Shown here piece by piece: positions 23,701 through 36,203 of a DNA stretch of 64,000 nucleotides. The position numbers and the translations under genes are program-made. Location of the stretch: positions 2,232,001 to 2,296,000 of the forward strand of contig OZ251227.1 of the NCBI GenBank assembly GCA_965240325.2, in the 5' to 3' direction. The notes beneath the pieces were generated by a model that worked only from the letters and a program-made list of their open reading frames with translations, was not told where the DNA came from and did no database searches. Numbering within the stretch: position 1 is the first letter of the stretch; every line of letters begins with the position of its first letter. This DNA is from Rebecca billardiae RCC1528 (Eukaryota > Protista > Haptophyta).

Positions 23701-24433
23701 GCATCCGACAGCAGTCGAGACAGACGATTCATCATCGTGCTCGCCGGAGGAATCAAAGACCTACCGAGCAATTGTCGGAGCGCTACTATTCATCATGAAC
23801 ACCTGCCGACCCGACATCAGCTATGCAGTCAATATGTTGGCAAGGCACATGGCGAGCCCAAGCTCGAACGACCTTAAAGGTGCCAAGCGAGTGCTCAGGT
23901 ACTTGGCAGGGACAAAGAATTCCGGCATCACTTTCACATCAACGGCTACTACTCAGCCACGAACGGAGATGTTTGTGGACTCGGACTGGGCCAACGATAC
24001 AAAAGATCGCCGCTCGACCGGAAGCTATATCTACTTCCATGCTGGCGGCCCAGTATCGTGGCGCACCTTCAAGCAGTCAATCACAACCCTCTCATCATGT
24101 GAGGCCGAATATGTCGCACTCGCGGAAGGAGCCAAAGAGGCAGTTTACCTACGCGACGTCATCAGCGATATCCTCAACATTCCAAAGACTCCCATTGTGA
24201 TCCACGAGGACAACAAGGGGGCGATTGATCTCTCAAAGAACAGCATTCATCATAAGCGCACCAAGCACATCGACGTACGACACCATTTTATTCGAGATTG
24301 TGTCGACCTCGGTGCAGTCAACATCACCAAGGTGCACACATCGGAAAACATCGCCGATTGTCTGACCAAGGCGCTACCCAAGGACAAGTTCACCAAATTT
24401 CGAGACATCATGGTTACACCAGTTTCGAATTGA
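17774..24433 (+). CDS. Copia gag-pol polyprotein interrupted by one in-frame TAG (21998-22000)
   Basis: ORFs 17774-22000 and 22040-24433 share a frame. Knuckle CSHCGLRNHTAERC, protease YLDSGAS, integrase LHNDVIGP/HLDGGRE/NGVAER, RT YKARLV and VYVDDLL, RNase H FVDSDWA and RTKHIDVRHHF. Confidence 0.93.
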
Positions 24434-24440
24434 GGGGGCG

Positions 24441-25004
24441 TGTCAAAGTCCAAGGCAGCCATCGGCGCCATTCCCCAGCTCGAGACTTTAATTCCAAGGC
24501 GCTGAGCAATTTCAGCCGCCAAGCTACAGACTTTCATCATGCAATTCAATCGGTTTCACCATTCAAGAGCAAGGCCAACAGCAGCCATTGTTCATGCAAT
24601 AAGTTACTACTCCAAAGATAAGGAGCATCGGCACACACATGAGGTCTTCGGACTACACATCCAAGGGTCCAGGGATTCTTCACCACTTGGGAAGGTACCC
24701 TGAACTGGACCAGAGACTACCATGCAGTCATCAGAACTTTCTTTTCATTTCGAGGAGACGTCCCGATCATCACAGGAAGCTTTCGTGCAATGACCCGAAG
24801 GCAATCAACGGAATTCCGAGAGCATTCCGACCGAGGGAAGCAGGCACACGAAGATTCCAAAATCTTCGATGCCACTTCCATCAGCTTTCACCAGACTGAA
24901 ACATCAGCTTACTTGAAACCAGCCATCACTCATCAGCAAGGGGGACGCCCCTTCGCCCCACGAAACACAGTAAGGACCGCACGACACGCGCGAAGCGCCA
25001 ATCA
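24441..25004 (+). repeat. Copia 3' LTR
   Basis: Direct repeat of 17214-17774, followed by TSD GTATC. Confidence 0.95.
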
Positions 25005-25202
25005 GTATCATATTAACGACGACGCGCGACTACGCGCCCGCAGCATCACCTGGAACGCCGCGGGGCCCGCGATTCCAGGCGCTCTATCACCCATCAGACC
25101 CCGTCCAGCGCCGCGAGCGGTGCGTGCGGGCCCAGCCGGCCCAGCCCAGCAGGTCTGCAGCAGCAGGGCTCCCTCCGCACGTGCGGATATATCACATTGG
25201 AA

Positions 25203-26162
25203 CTAGAAGGTGCGGTCGTCGATGGCAGCGCTGGCCTGCCGCGACCACTCGTTCCACGAGGCGAAGTAGAGCTTGGTGTTCTCGAAGCCGGCGGCGCGCA
25301 GCGCGAGCAGCGTGTTCGACGCGCGCGCCCCCTTGAAGCAGTACAGCACGATCTCGTCGCTCGGCTCGAAGCCGCGCTCGCGCATGAGCGCGCGCACCTC
25401 CGCGGGTTGCTTGAAGACGTGCACATCCTCGGCGCTGTCGGCAGACGCGCGGCCGTCGGCCGTGAGGAAGTCGTACCACTCGACGTGCGTCGCGCCGCTC
25501 AGCCTGCCCTTGCGCGGCGCGAAGTCCACGCCGTACGGCGAGGACGAGAGCCCGTCCCACTCCACCTTGTCGCGCACGTCCAGCAGCTTGACGCCCGGCC
25601 GCTGCCCGGCGAGGATGGCCGACACGTCGCCAAAGTCGGCCCAGCTCGCGCGGTCGAGGGCGGCGGTGAAGGCGCCGGGCGCGTGCGCGGGCTCGGGATC
25701 GGTGCTCACCGCCCGCCCCTCGCGCAGCCACTTCTGCCACCCGCCCTCCATCACCTGCACGTTGGCGTGGCCAAGCGTGCGCAGCACGTACCAGCCGCGG
25801 CAGCTCGCTCCAAACATCGTGTGGAGCGTGTCCTCGTAGGTGATGAGCCGCTCGTCGCCGTTGATACCCTTCTCGCGCAGCAGCGTCTGGAACGTGCGCG
25901 TCATGTGCTCCACGCCCTGGGGCGAGCTCGTCGCCAAGTACGTGAAGAACTCGATGATGTTGCTCGCGCCAGGCACGTGGCCGGCGTCAAAGCGACGCGG
26001 ATCGCGGATGTCGATGAAGCGCACGCCCGAGGCGCCGACGAGCCCGGAGGCCTCCTCGGTGCTCACGACGTGCGACGAAGGCGGCGTGGACGCCAGCCCG
26101 CGCGTCGCCGCTGCGCGCCAGGCCGGGCGGAGGCCGCGAGCCGCGCGAGCGGCCGTCGACAT
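25203..26162 (-). CDS. Tandem-rhodanese thiosulfate/3-mercaptopyruvate sulfurtransferase, probably mitochondrial
   Basis: FIDIRDPRRFDAGHVPGA, MEGGWQKW, LLDVRD, active-site YCFKGARAS, LYFASWNEWS. Arg/Ala-rich N-terminal presequence. Confidence 0.9.
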   Translation of the reverse strand: MSTAARAARGLRPAWRAAATRGLASTPPSSHVVSTEEASGLVGASGVRFIDIRDPRRFDAGHVPGASNIIEFFTYLATSSPQGVEHMTRTFQTLLREKGINGDERLITYEDTLHTMFGASCRGWYVLRTLGHANVQVMEGGWQKWLREGRAVSTDPEPAHAPGAFTAALDRASWADFGDVSAILAGQRPGVKLLDVRDKVEWDGLSSSPYGVDFAPRKGRLSGATHVEWYDFLTADGRASADSAEDVHVFKQPAEVRALMRERGFEPSDEIVLYCFKGARASNTLLALRAAGFENTKLYFASWNEWSRQASAAIDDRTF

Positions 26163-26691
26163 TGTCGATCGTCGGCGAAGATGCAGTCCGCGGACGAAGG
26201 CTTTTCGCATCGATCCTTGCTGACCTTGCACGACAAGGACACTGATCAATCATGATGATGGCGCATGCGCATGCCCAGCCTGGCAAGGCTGCCCAGCTTC
26301 GCACCCGCGGTTGCTCACCCAACGGCTTTGGTGCCACCTGGTTCACAGTTTATCTTCACTGACAATCACTGCTACAATCGGAAGGCGGCTTGATGGCACT
26401 GCCGCACTGTCGTCTGTCTAGGCATGCTTAGCAGACAGCCGACAGCGGCCAGCCTAGTGGCCTGAGTCCAGCGACAATGCAGCCTGCTCCAGGATGGCAG
26501 CATCGAGCGACGGCGCCGAGATGCCGTGGTGCAGACAGCGAGTAGTGACGCTGATGGCGACGCGGGCCGCGCGCATATTGTCGATTAAATATTATCCGCC
26601 GACAGACGGACAGTGCTGAGTGCATCTCACGCGCTGTCAGTCACACGCGCACGCATATTCGCGGGATGACGACTGAGGCGGCTACGCGCGG

Positions 26692-29600
26692 TCACCAGTG
26701 CGCGTCCCGCCGCAGCGGCGTTCTCCTTGACGCGGCCGCCTCCTCGAGCGCACGCAGGGCGCTCGCATCGAGCTGGTTGCCCCTGCTCGCACCGAGCGCA
26801 TGCGCAAGGGGCACCGGGCGTGATGAGTCACGCTCCCGCTGGCCTCGTGCGGAGGGCGCGGCGCCTCGCGCGCGCCTGGCGCGGGTGAGCTCGCCCGCCG
26901 CCTCGCGCGCTCGCGCGCACCCGACGTCGAGGCAGGCGAGCGTTGGGCTCGTGCGCACGGCCTGCGCCAGGGCCTCGCCCCCAGCAGCCGTGATGCGATT
27001 GCGCCGCAGGTCGAGCACCTCGAGTGCGCAGCTCTCCCCGAGCGCGTGCGCAAGCGCGACGGCCGCGGCGTCGCCCACGCGGTTGCCGCGCAGCTCGAGA
27101 GCCGTGAGCGTGGAATTCTCGTGGAGCGCGCCGGCGAGCGCGGCCACGCCGGCGTTGGTCACGGCGGTGCTCCTACGCGCGCGAGAAGGGGGGGCCAGGC
27201 ACGTGAGCGCGGAGCGCGGCACCGCGCGGCACTGCCTGTTGCCAGGGCGGCGCATGCCTGCCGCGCTCGGTCGGACAGGTCGTCTTGCGCGCGCGCGCCG
27301 CGTGTGCGCGCCCCGGGGGCGGGCCGGGCAGCACGGTGCGGTGCGGTGCGGGGCCGCGCGGGCGCGCGGGCGCGTGGCTCACCCGAGGTGAAGGAGGCGG
27401 AGGGCGCACGGCTCGCGGAGCGCGCCGGCGAGGGCGGCCGCGCCCGCGGCGGCGATCTCGTTGCCGCGCAGATCCAGCGCAGTGAGCCGCGTGTTGCCGC
27501 GCAGCCCAGTCGCAATCGACACCACGCCCACGTGGGTAATGTCGTTGTCCCTGCGAGTGGTAGGAGGTGGTTCGTGCAGTGCAAGCCGTCACCGGAGCGA
27601 CGCGCGCGGCGCGGGGCGGCGCGCGGCCAATGAGAGAGCAGGGCGCGCTGGCGGCGTGCGTGCGCGCCGGCTGGGCGTGCGCGCCGGCTGGGCGCGCGCG
27701 GCGCGGGGCGCGCGCGGCGCGGGGCGCGCGCGCACACCCGAGGCCCAGGTGCACCAGCTTGCAGTGCTCGTCCTGCAGCGCCGTCGCCAGGTCCGCAACG
27801 CCGTCGTCCCCGATCCCCGTGGCCGCGAGCTCGAGGCTGCGCAGGCCCGCGTGCCCGTGGAAGGCGCCGGCGAGGGAGATGGCCCCGCCGTCACCAAGTT
27901 CATTCTCGCTGTCGGCGCGCGGCGCACGGCGGGGCACGGCCGCGCGCGCGGGGGCGGCAGGATAAGCGCGTGCGCGCCCCGCGCGCTCGCGCACGTACGC
28001 ACGCCGCGCGTGCGCGCGCGCGCGCGCGCGCGCGCGCAAGACCGGACGCGCCCCGAGTCCGTGTGCGCGCGCGCGCGCACGTGAGGTCGAGCTCCTCGAG
28101 ACACCCGTTCTCGCGCACGGCGCCGGCGAGCGCGCGCGCGCCCGTCACGCGGATGTCGTTGCGGCGAAGCCGGAGGCGGCGCAGCCGGCTGTCGACGGGG
28201 ATCGCCGCGGCGAGCGCCTCCGCGCCCGGGTCGCCGAGCTTGTTGTGCCTGCGCGCCGCGGGGCGCACGCCGTGCGCAGCGCGCGGGCGCGGCCCCAGGC
28301 TGAGCCCGCGCGGCGCGCGGCGCGCGGCGCGCGACACGGCGCGCGGCGCGCGGCAGGCTGGCGCGCGGCGCGCGGGCAAGGCAGCGTACGCGAGTGTGAG
28401 CGAGGTGAGCGGCGCGTGCGCGGGGCTCGATGCTGCATGCGCGTCGGCGCCGCCACGCCCAGAGAGCAGCCGCGCAAGGGCACCCACGCCCGCCACGCCC
28501 AGCGCGTTGCCGCTGCGCGGAGGAGACAGGAGCGCGCGCGCGCGCGCACAGCACGCGCGCGCGCGTGAGCCACAGCGCGCGCGCGCGGCTGGTTGGGCGT
28601 GTAGGAAGGTCGCACGCCCGGCCGGCGCGCGCGCGCGCGTACGTGAGGTCGACGCTGCCGAGCGCGCGGAACGGGCCCGCCGCGGCGCACGCGCGCATGC
28701 TCGGCAATGGCGTCGGCTGCGTGCCCGGCCCGGCGTCCGCGGCGGCGGGCGCAGGCGCGGCGTGCTGCAAGCGCTCTGCGAGCGCGTGCGCGACAGCCGG
28801 ACCCCAGCCGCTGAGCCGGACGGTGCGCACGGACGCCGGCAGCGAGGAGACGAGCGCGTCGACGGCCTCCTCCGCCGGCGGCGCGCCCGACGCGCGAGTG
28901 ACGCACACACGCGCAGCCGCTGCGCCAGAAGCTGCCCCGAGCGCGCCGAGCGCGCGCGCGCACGCCCCTGTGGCGGCCGAGCTGTCGGCCTCGGCCGCGG
29001 ACGTGCCCTCGCGCTCCCTGAGCAGCTGGGCGAGCGCCGGCATCAGCATGAGCGCGCACACGGTGGAGTACCCGCCGTCGAGCGCCTCCTCGCCCTCCCC
29101 CGGCGTCGGCAGCGCCGGTGGCGCCGAGGGCGGCCCGAGGGCCAACGCCTCCAGGGCAGCAGACGCGAGCGGGAGCGCGGGAAAGGCCGCGCCCGCGCGG
29201 CCCGCCGCAGCAGCGGTGCGCGCGCTCGGCAGCACGTCCGCGTCGTCGGCGTCGTCCGTGCCCGGCGGCACGCCGTCCAAAAGCCCCACCGCCTGCGCCG
29301 CGCCCGAGCCCGCCGCGGGCAGCAGGGCGCACAGGTCGACGGAGAAGCCGTCGGACGCGCGCGCGGCGACGAGCGCGTCCGCGGCGCAGTGCGCGTCGCG
29401 GAGCCACGCCTTGGCGGCGGGCGCGGCGCCGCGGACGACGCACACCCAGCCTCGGCTCTGCCGGTGGGCCGCCTCGAACGGGCTCTGGGGTGGCGCGCGA
29501 GGCTCGCCGTCCGCGGCCGGTGCGTTTTCCGGCGGCGCTGCGTCGCCGCCCGCGGTGAGCGCCGTGCTGCTCAGCCAGTACGTGGCGTGCTGGCCCAGGC

Positions 29601-29895
29601 GGCGATCGGCTGCATGGCGCTCGAGCGCGGCCAGCACGTCCCACGCGGTCTCCTTCGGCGCATGCGTCGCCACCCAGTCCGGGGGCTGCGGTCCGAGCGC
29701 CACGAGCTCAGCGAGCGAGCGCTGCGTCGTCTCGCACTCCAGGGCGCTCGCGACCTGCGCGAGGGTGAGGCTGTGCGCGACGGCGGGGTTGGAGCGAGCG
29801 GCGGCGTGCTCGATCACACGCCGAAGCTGCGCGAGGCTGATCGCGCGATGCGCGACATCGCCGATCGTGCAGCCGTCGCCGAGGTCGGTGGCCAT
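26692..29895 (-). CDS. Multi-exon protein: degenerate HET-like N-terminal domain + ribonuclease-inhibitor-type LRRs
   Basis: LRRs such as LTALELRGNRVGDAAAVALAHAL and LEVLDLRRNRITAAGGEALAQAV. N-terminal HRAISLAQL...PQPPDWVATH...LERHAADR...TYWLSS. Inferred exons 29895-28643, 28512-28390, 28248-28081, 27908-27738, 27550-27383, 27172-26921, 26782-26692. Confidence 0.75.
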
Positions 29896-30130
29896 TTGGG
29901 GGATCAAGAGGCTGCCGACGAGGTGCTGCGGTGGGCTGCCGGCCTGCTGCTGCGCACCTGTGACTGTCCCTGTCTTCAGCACCGGCCGGTCCCGGGCGAA
30001 GCTGGAAAAGCGCGAGGCCACCGTGCCCGGAACAAGGGACACCCTTGCCCGGAAAATAATGGTCGGCCGACGACGAAATCGACGATCCGGCACAGCGAGA
30101 TCAAGCAGGAGATCGAATTATCGCGGCGCG

Positions 30131-32753
30131 ATGCGCGGCACGCGGCTGACGATGGCGCTTGTGCTGGTCGCGGCGCGCCCCGCACGATCGACCCCACCGC
30201 ACGTCCTCTTCCTCCTCGCCGACGATTTCGGATGGGCCAACCTCGGCGTGCACATGCGCGCGGCGACCGGCGGCGCCGACCCGCTCGTGCACGGCGTTCA
30301 CACGCCCACGCTCGACGCGCTGATCGGCGAGGGCATCCTGCTCGAGCGGCACTACGCGTACAAGATCTGCTCACCTAGCCGCAGCTCGCTGCAGACAGGC
30401 CGGCTGGCCATGCACGTCAACTCGAAGAACACGGGCGTCGCCGCGCGCAACGCGGCAGACCCCGTGTCCGGCTACGCGGGCATCCCGCTCAACATGACGG
30501 GGCTGGGGCACAAGATGCGAGCGGGCGGGTACGCCACGCACATGGTGGGCAAGTGGGACGCGGGCATGGCCACGCCCGCGCACACGCCCGAGGGCCGCGG
30601 GTACGACTCCTTCTTCGGCTTCTTCCAGCACGCGTCCGACTACTGGTCCTACTCGACAGGGCTGCTGGTGCGCAGCGCACGTGCGCACGCGCGGCTGTGC
30701 GCGGGGATGCATGCGTCCCGCTCCGCGGGGCTGCTGGTGCGCAGCGCACGTGCGGCTGCACGTGCGCCGGGATGCACGCGCGCGGCAGGGCGCTGAGGGG
30801 AGCGGACCGTCCGCCGGACCGTCCGCGTGGCATCACCTGCCCGCGCACCGCGTGCGCACCCCGCCCCCACAGGCGACGGGCGAGGTGGACAACTGCCTGA
30901 ACGGAGGGCCGCGCCCGTTCCGCGATCTCTTCCGGACGAACCGCACGCACCGCGGCGCCGTCTCCGACGCCGAGCTCGCGGAGCTGACCGGCGGGCTGTA
31001 CGACGCGGCGACGGGCGCGTGCGCGCCAGACCCAGAGGCGGGCGCGTGCTACAAAGAGGAGCTATTCAAGCAGGAGTCGCTGCGCATCCTGCGCGGGCAC
31101 GACCCGCTGGGCGAGCGCCCCCTCTTCCTGCTGCACGCGTTCGGCGCGCTGCACACGCCGCTGCAGGTGCCCGCCGCGCAGCTCGCCGAGCTCGACGCGC
31201 TCGTGGCTCGCGCGGGCGGCACGTTTGAGACGCGCAACCAGCGCCTGTACGCGGGGATGGGCATGCACATGGACGGCGTCGTGCGCGATCTCGTCTCGGA
31301 GATGAAGCGGCTCGGGATGTGGCGGGACACGCTGCTGGTGTTCAGCTCGGACAACGGCGGGCCGATCTACCAGCCGGGCGGCGCGAACAACTACCCGCTG
31401 CGCGGCGGCAAGTACTCCGACTTCGAGGGCGGCGTGCGCACCAACGCGTTCGTCGCGGGCGGCTGGCTTCCTGAGCGCGTGCGCGGCACGGCGCACGCCG
31501 GGCTCGTCTCGATCGCGGACTGGTACGCGACGCTGCCCGCGCTCGCCGGCGTGCCCGCGCGCGACACCGCCGCGGAGCGCGCCAACGCGTGGCTGCGCGC
31601 GCGCGGGCTGCCGGAGCTCCCCGCCGTGGACGGCGTCGACCAACTGGACGCGCTGCTGCGCGGGAAGGAGGGCCGTCCGCGCGGTCTGGTGCTCTCGACG
31701 AGCGCGGCGCTCGGCCGCGTCGACGGCTCGCTGTTCAAGCTGGTGACGGGCGTGCAGCCGTACGCGCGGCACAGCAGCGCCACCTCGCCCAACTGCTCCG
31801 CCTACTGCGCGCCCTCGCCGGACTTCCTCGAGGACGGGCCGGACTTTGTCGACCTCAAGTGCGTGGACCACCCGCTCCCATCGCGCGCCGACCCGGCCGA
31901 GGCGGCGCGCGCGCGCTGGGAGGAGGACTGCGCCGAGCAAGGCTGCCTGTACGACCTCGACGCCGACCCGACCGAGCACCGCGACCTGCTGCGAGCGCGC
32001 GGCGGCGCCGGGCGCGCGGCGGAGCGCGCGCACGCGCGGCTGCTGCGCGAGCTGCGCGCCGCGCGCGCCACGGCGTTTGAGCCTGAGCGCGGCGCGCTCT
32101 CGTATGCCGCGTGCGCCGCCGCCGTCGCCAACGGCGGCGTGTACGGCCCGTTTGCGTCCGTGCCCGAGTTTGGGATGAATGTGTCTGCGTGGTACACGCA
32201 GCCCCGCCGCCCGGAGCCGAGTGCCGCGCAGGCGAGGCGGTTCGGCCTCGTGCTCGCCGCGGCGCGCGCGATCGAGCGCGACGGCGCGCGCGTGCTCACG
32301 GCCGTCCTGCGCCGCCTCGTGCCGCTGCTGCTGCAGCTCTGCGCGAAAGCGTCGCCGCTCTCGCGGCTCGACGAGTGCCTCGCGCGCCCCGACTGCAATG
32401 ATGGCATCTGCATTGGCCCCGCGCAGCTGGCCGCCCGGCTCGAGGCCAGCCGTCCGGGTGCGGGGCTCTCGGCCATCGGCGACGACTCGGCTGGCCACAC
32501 CCCAGCGGGCGCCCTCGGAGATTGCTCTCTGACGCTGCTGCGCTCGCTCGTGGGGGAGGCCATGGCGGAGCATCACGCCGCCGCTGCAGCAGCAAGCGCT
32601 GGCGGCGGCGGCCATGCCGGGCTCGCGCCGCGCCGCGATTCATCGGCCGTGTCACCCCAGGCGGGGGGTGAGGCGTGGTGGGCAGAGCGGGATGACGATG
32701 CAGCAGCAGCATACCTCGCCGCCACGCTGCTGCAGGACGATACGTCGGAGTGA
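30131..32753 (+). CDS. Secreted formylglycine-dependent arylsulfatase (ARSB-like)
   Basis: Signal peptide, PHVLFLLADDFGW, CSPSRSSLQTGR, GYATHMVGKW, VFSSDNGG, NYPLRGGK...FEGGVR. Intron 30668-30872. Confidence 0.92.
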
Positions 32754-33179
32754 CTAGCTACCTGCCATGCATCACATGGTGCCAGTACGACAGTCTCTAC
32801 GGACGAGCCACGCGAGGTCCGCGCTGAAGCCGAGCCGCCCGAGCCCGAGGCCGACTCTGCATTATATCATCATATCGCGGTTATATTGTGAAGTGTCAGT
32901 GAGACAGAGTGAGTGAGTGACGAATTAATGTCCGACACTCCGAGTCCGACTCGGACGTCATCAACGGTACACGGCAGCGCCAGTTTGACGTGCCTAGCGG
33001 CTCGGTCCGAAGCTCATGACCATTATTCATTCGTCATCTGTGATCTGAAAGCTGCGGCCATGCTCGCCTCATTGCGGGCACGCGGCGCTACCTGCCTGCA
33101 GTTCGGACTCGGAGCCGCACTCAGCGACACCGGGCCCGGGCCGCCCGGCCCTGCCCCCCGCAGGCCGACGACGCATGCG

Positions 33180-33823
33180 TCACCGCGTGTTCGAGACTGA
33201 GTCTGCGGCTTGTGGCATCCCCGGAGCAGGCGATGCGGATGATGCATCGCCCTCAGGCTGAGCCGGTGCCTCAGGCGCACCACCGCTGATGGGTCCAGAG
33301 ATGTTGACGCCCATGGACTTGGCGCTCCCCACGACCATCCGTGCCACGCTCTCAAGTGGGATGTGCGCGAGCTCAGCGTCCTGCTGCTTCGCCCTCGCGA
33401 TCTCGTAGACTGCCTCCGGGGAGAGCTCACCGACCGATGGCGCTCCCGGTGCCCCTGGTGTTTGGCTCCTGTGCGCGCAGCCGTCGGCGGGAACGTGCTG
33501 TGAGAGTGAGACGCGCGCCGGGCGCGCAGCTGTCGCTTGCGCGCGATCGTGACACACCCTTTCTTGAGACCCAAGGCTTTCTTGATGAAGAAGGAGACAG
33601 GCGGTGTTTTGATGTCGAACTCAAAAGAGCGGTCCTTGAACGCCCGGATGAACACCGGCACAGGCGTCTCGGGCATGTACTCGCTCGTGCGCTCGTTGAA
33701 CTCTTTGCAAAACTGCATGATGTTCAGGCCGCGCTGGCCCAACGCGCTTCCGACGGGCGGCTGCGGCGTGGCCTTGCCCGCTGGGATCACCAATCGTATG
33801 GTGCCGACGACTCCGCGCGACAT
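33180..33823 (-). CDS. MRPL11: Mitochondrial ribosomal protein uL11m
   Basis: [53 protein letters not shown]. Intron 33469-33557. Confidence 0.92.
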
Positions 33824-34761
33824 CCTGGCCGTGTCTTCGTTGACCCTCGTGACCTCGTCGTCAAGTCGTCGTCGATCGGCGCTCGGCACAAAATCGCGCG
33901 CGCTGATGATGACGCGATGGCGGTAAAACTACGACATCAGTATGGGGGTATAAAAACCGCCCCAAGATGCTCTTCGCCCGCGCGCGCATGGCGCACGTGC
34001 GCCCGCCCGCGCACGCGCCCGCGGGGGCGCTGCGCACGACGACTACTTCGAGACGATGGCTGACGACGCGTGGCACCGCGACCACCGCGGTGGCGCGCGC
34101 GCGTCGACGCCAGACGGTGCGTCGAGCTTCCGCTCGGGGATCGGGAGTGACTTGATGGGCGACTCACGAGGGGGGCGGCGGGACGACGGCGAGGAGGCGC
34201 TGATCCTGGTGTTTGTCCCTGCTGCTCGATCTGCTGCTACAGCTTGCTGACTCTGACTCGCCTGCCCGTTGCATGCCACGTCGTTAAATATAAAAACCGC
34301 CCGTCTGCTGAATATTCACCGAGTCATCAATATGAATATCACGGCGCGTGCCAGGCCTGACGCTCGCGCGGCCCCGCCGGCGTGCAGCGCAGTGAACTTT
34401 CTGGACCCGAGGTGCACGCCACGGGGGAGGCGGCACGCGGTGACTACTTCGACGGGGCACATCTGACGATGCATGGCAGTGCCGTCAGCCGTGGCACCGC
34501 GAAGTCACGACGGGACCTGTGTGAACCAGTTCACTCAGTTGACAGTGTAACTCACTGTGGCGCGCATGCCCGACTCGCGCCGGGTCACGGCACCGGTACG
34601 TACTTACTCACTTAGTCTTATAATTCATGTACTACAGTAGTAGAGAACACGCGCCTGCTGCTGTGGCGGTGTCACGTCATCCTCAGATGAACAAAGTTAT
34701 TCAGCATACCGGAACGTTCAACGTCTTATGTCTGGGCGATAGATCGCGAGCCCGAGAGAGT

Positions 34762-34763
<2 letters not shown>

Positions 34764-34850
<87 letters not shown>
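34764..34850. repeat. Compound microsatellite (GA)n(TG)n
   Basis: Seen directly. Confidence 0.97.
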
Positions 34851-34853
<3 letters not shown>

Positions 34854-34911
34854 CGTATATCGTACTGTAGTAATATTGATGATGAATATCTGATAGCTAA
34901 TGGACAAATGG

Positions 34912-36078
34912 TCACCAGAACGCGCGCGGCCCCCACGTGCCGTTCCTCAGCTGCACGCCGGGCTCGAGCAGCACGCCTGATACCCACGGCACGCCGTCGC
35001 GCATCTCCTTGCCGTGCCTCCGCATGTACGGCCGCGACATCGGCATGCGCATGTTCACCTCTGGCGCCTCCGGCTGCTCGGAGAACTTGAGCCAGCAGTC
35101 CCCGAACGAGTGCTTGTGCGCATCCGGCTCCCAGCACGTCTCACGGCCGCACCACGTCCACACGTTGCACGGCAGCGCGTGGAACGGGCCGCCGCTTGGC
35201 GTGGGGCGGTGCGCGATGCACGCCGCCTCGCACTCGCTCCAGTTGGCCTTCTTGTGCCCGATACCCCAGCGCACGCCCAGCCCGTCGTAGTCGGCGCCCG
35301 ACTCGGCGAAGGGCGCGAGCTTCACGCCGCGCGAGATCAGGTCGAGATACACGCGCGCGTCGCGCGAGCGCTCGAGGCAGCCGGTGTCCACGTGCGAGTA
35401 GCCGTCGATGGCCGGCGAGCCGCACTCCCGCGTCGTGTTGCACAGCGTCTTGGAGACGCAGCCGTAGTACGTGGACGGCAGCGTGCAGTCGTCGCACGGC
35501 CGCGTCGGCCCAGCATACACGCCCGAGGTCCACGGCACGCGCTCGCCACGCCCGGGATGTGCGAGGTGCTCTTGGCGCGAGTTCTTGAGCCAGCACGCGT
35601 GCGTCGTCGGGTTCCACACAAACGCGTTGCACGCGTGGCCTTCGTTGATCTCGATGGTCGGCTCGTAGTCGCGGCACGCCTCGCAGCACGCGCGCGCAGA
35701 GGGCGCGCTGTTCTGATCACCGTTCTGCACCACGCCGCCCCAGAACTCGGTGTGCTCCATGTAGGTCGCGTTGAGCACGCACGAGTCCTCGCTCGAGTTT
35801 GTTGGGACAAGCACGGGCAGAGCTCTCGCCGCGCCCGAGGCAGCACTGTGCCCATGTCGGCGCCGCCGCCACCGCGACCGGCCGGCCGACTTCTTCGACG
35901 GCTGAGAGCCGCGGGCTTCCTCCAGCTGGTCCTCGAGCAAGTAGTAGCTCTGGTGTTTTCTGACTTCCTGCCGCGTATGCAGATCGGCCGGGTTGTGCAG
36001 CGTGAAGAAGGTCAGCACGAAGAAGGTGAAGAGCACCATGGACAGGAGCCCCACCTGACTCGACAGCGGCGCCGCCAT
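34912..36078 (-). CDS. Type II membrane/secreted protein with two PAN/Apple-like domains
   Basis: N-terminal TM ([17 protein letters not shown]). SARACCEAC...CNAFVW...CWLK and WSECEAAC...CNVWTWC...CWLK. Confidence 0.75.
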   Translation of the reverse strand: MAAPLSSQVGLLSMVLFTFFVLTFFTLHNPADLHTRQEVRKHQSYYLLEDQLEEARGSQPSKKSAGRSRWRRRRHGHSAASGAARALPVLVPTNSSEDSCVLNATYMEHTEFWGGVVQNGDQNSAPSARACCEACRDYEPTIEINEGHACNAFVWNPTTHACWLKNSRQEHLAHPGRGERVPWTSGVYAGPTRPCDDCTLPSTYYGCVSKTLCNTTRECGSPAIDGYSHVDTGCLERSRDARVYLDLISRGVKLAPFAESGADYDGLGVRWGIGHKKANWSECEAACIAHRPTPSGGPFHALPCNVWTWCGRETCWEPDAHKHSFGDCWLKFSEQPEAPEVNMRMPMSRPYMRRHGKEMRDGVPWVSGVLLEPGVQLRNGTWGPRAFW

Positions 36079-36203
36079 CGTGTGACGACTGCCAGTCAGG
36101 AGACACCGGCGCGGGCGAAGCGGAGCGGGACCGAGCGAGCTTCGTCTCAGCGTGGCCGTGGATGCGCAAGCACTGCGAACACGTGGTCGCGGAAAAAGCA
36201 GCC

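Larger units (their letters stand above)
17214..25004 (+). mobile_element. Full-length Ty1/Copia LTR retrotransposon
   Basis: LTRs 17214-17774 and 24441-25004 (TG...CA; a 3-bp indel is the only difference I noticed). TSD GTATC. PPT GAGGGGG before the 3' LTR. Domain order gag-PR-IN-RT-RH. Confidence 0.97.

Noticed and set aside
27970-30796. Long plus-strand ORFs (802 and 788 aa)
   Set aside because: Antisense to the LRR gene; only the part from 30131 is real sulfatase exon 1.
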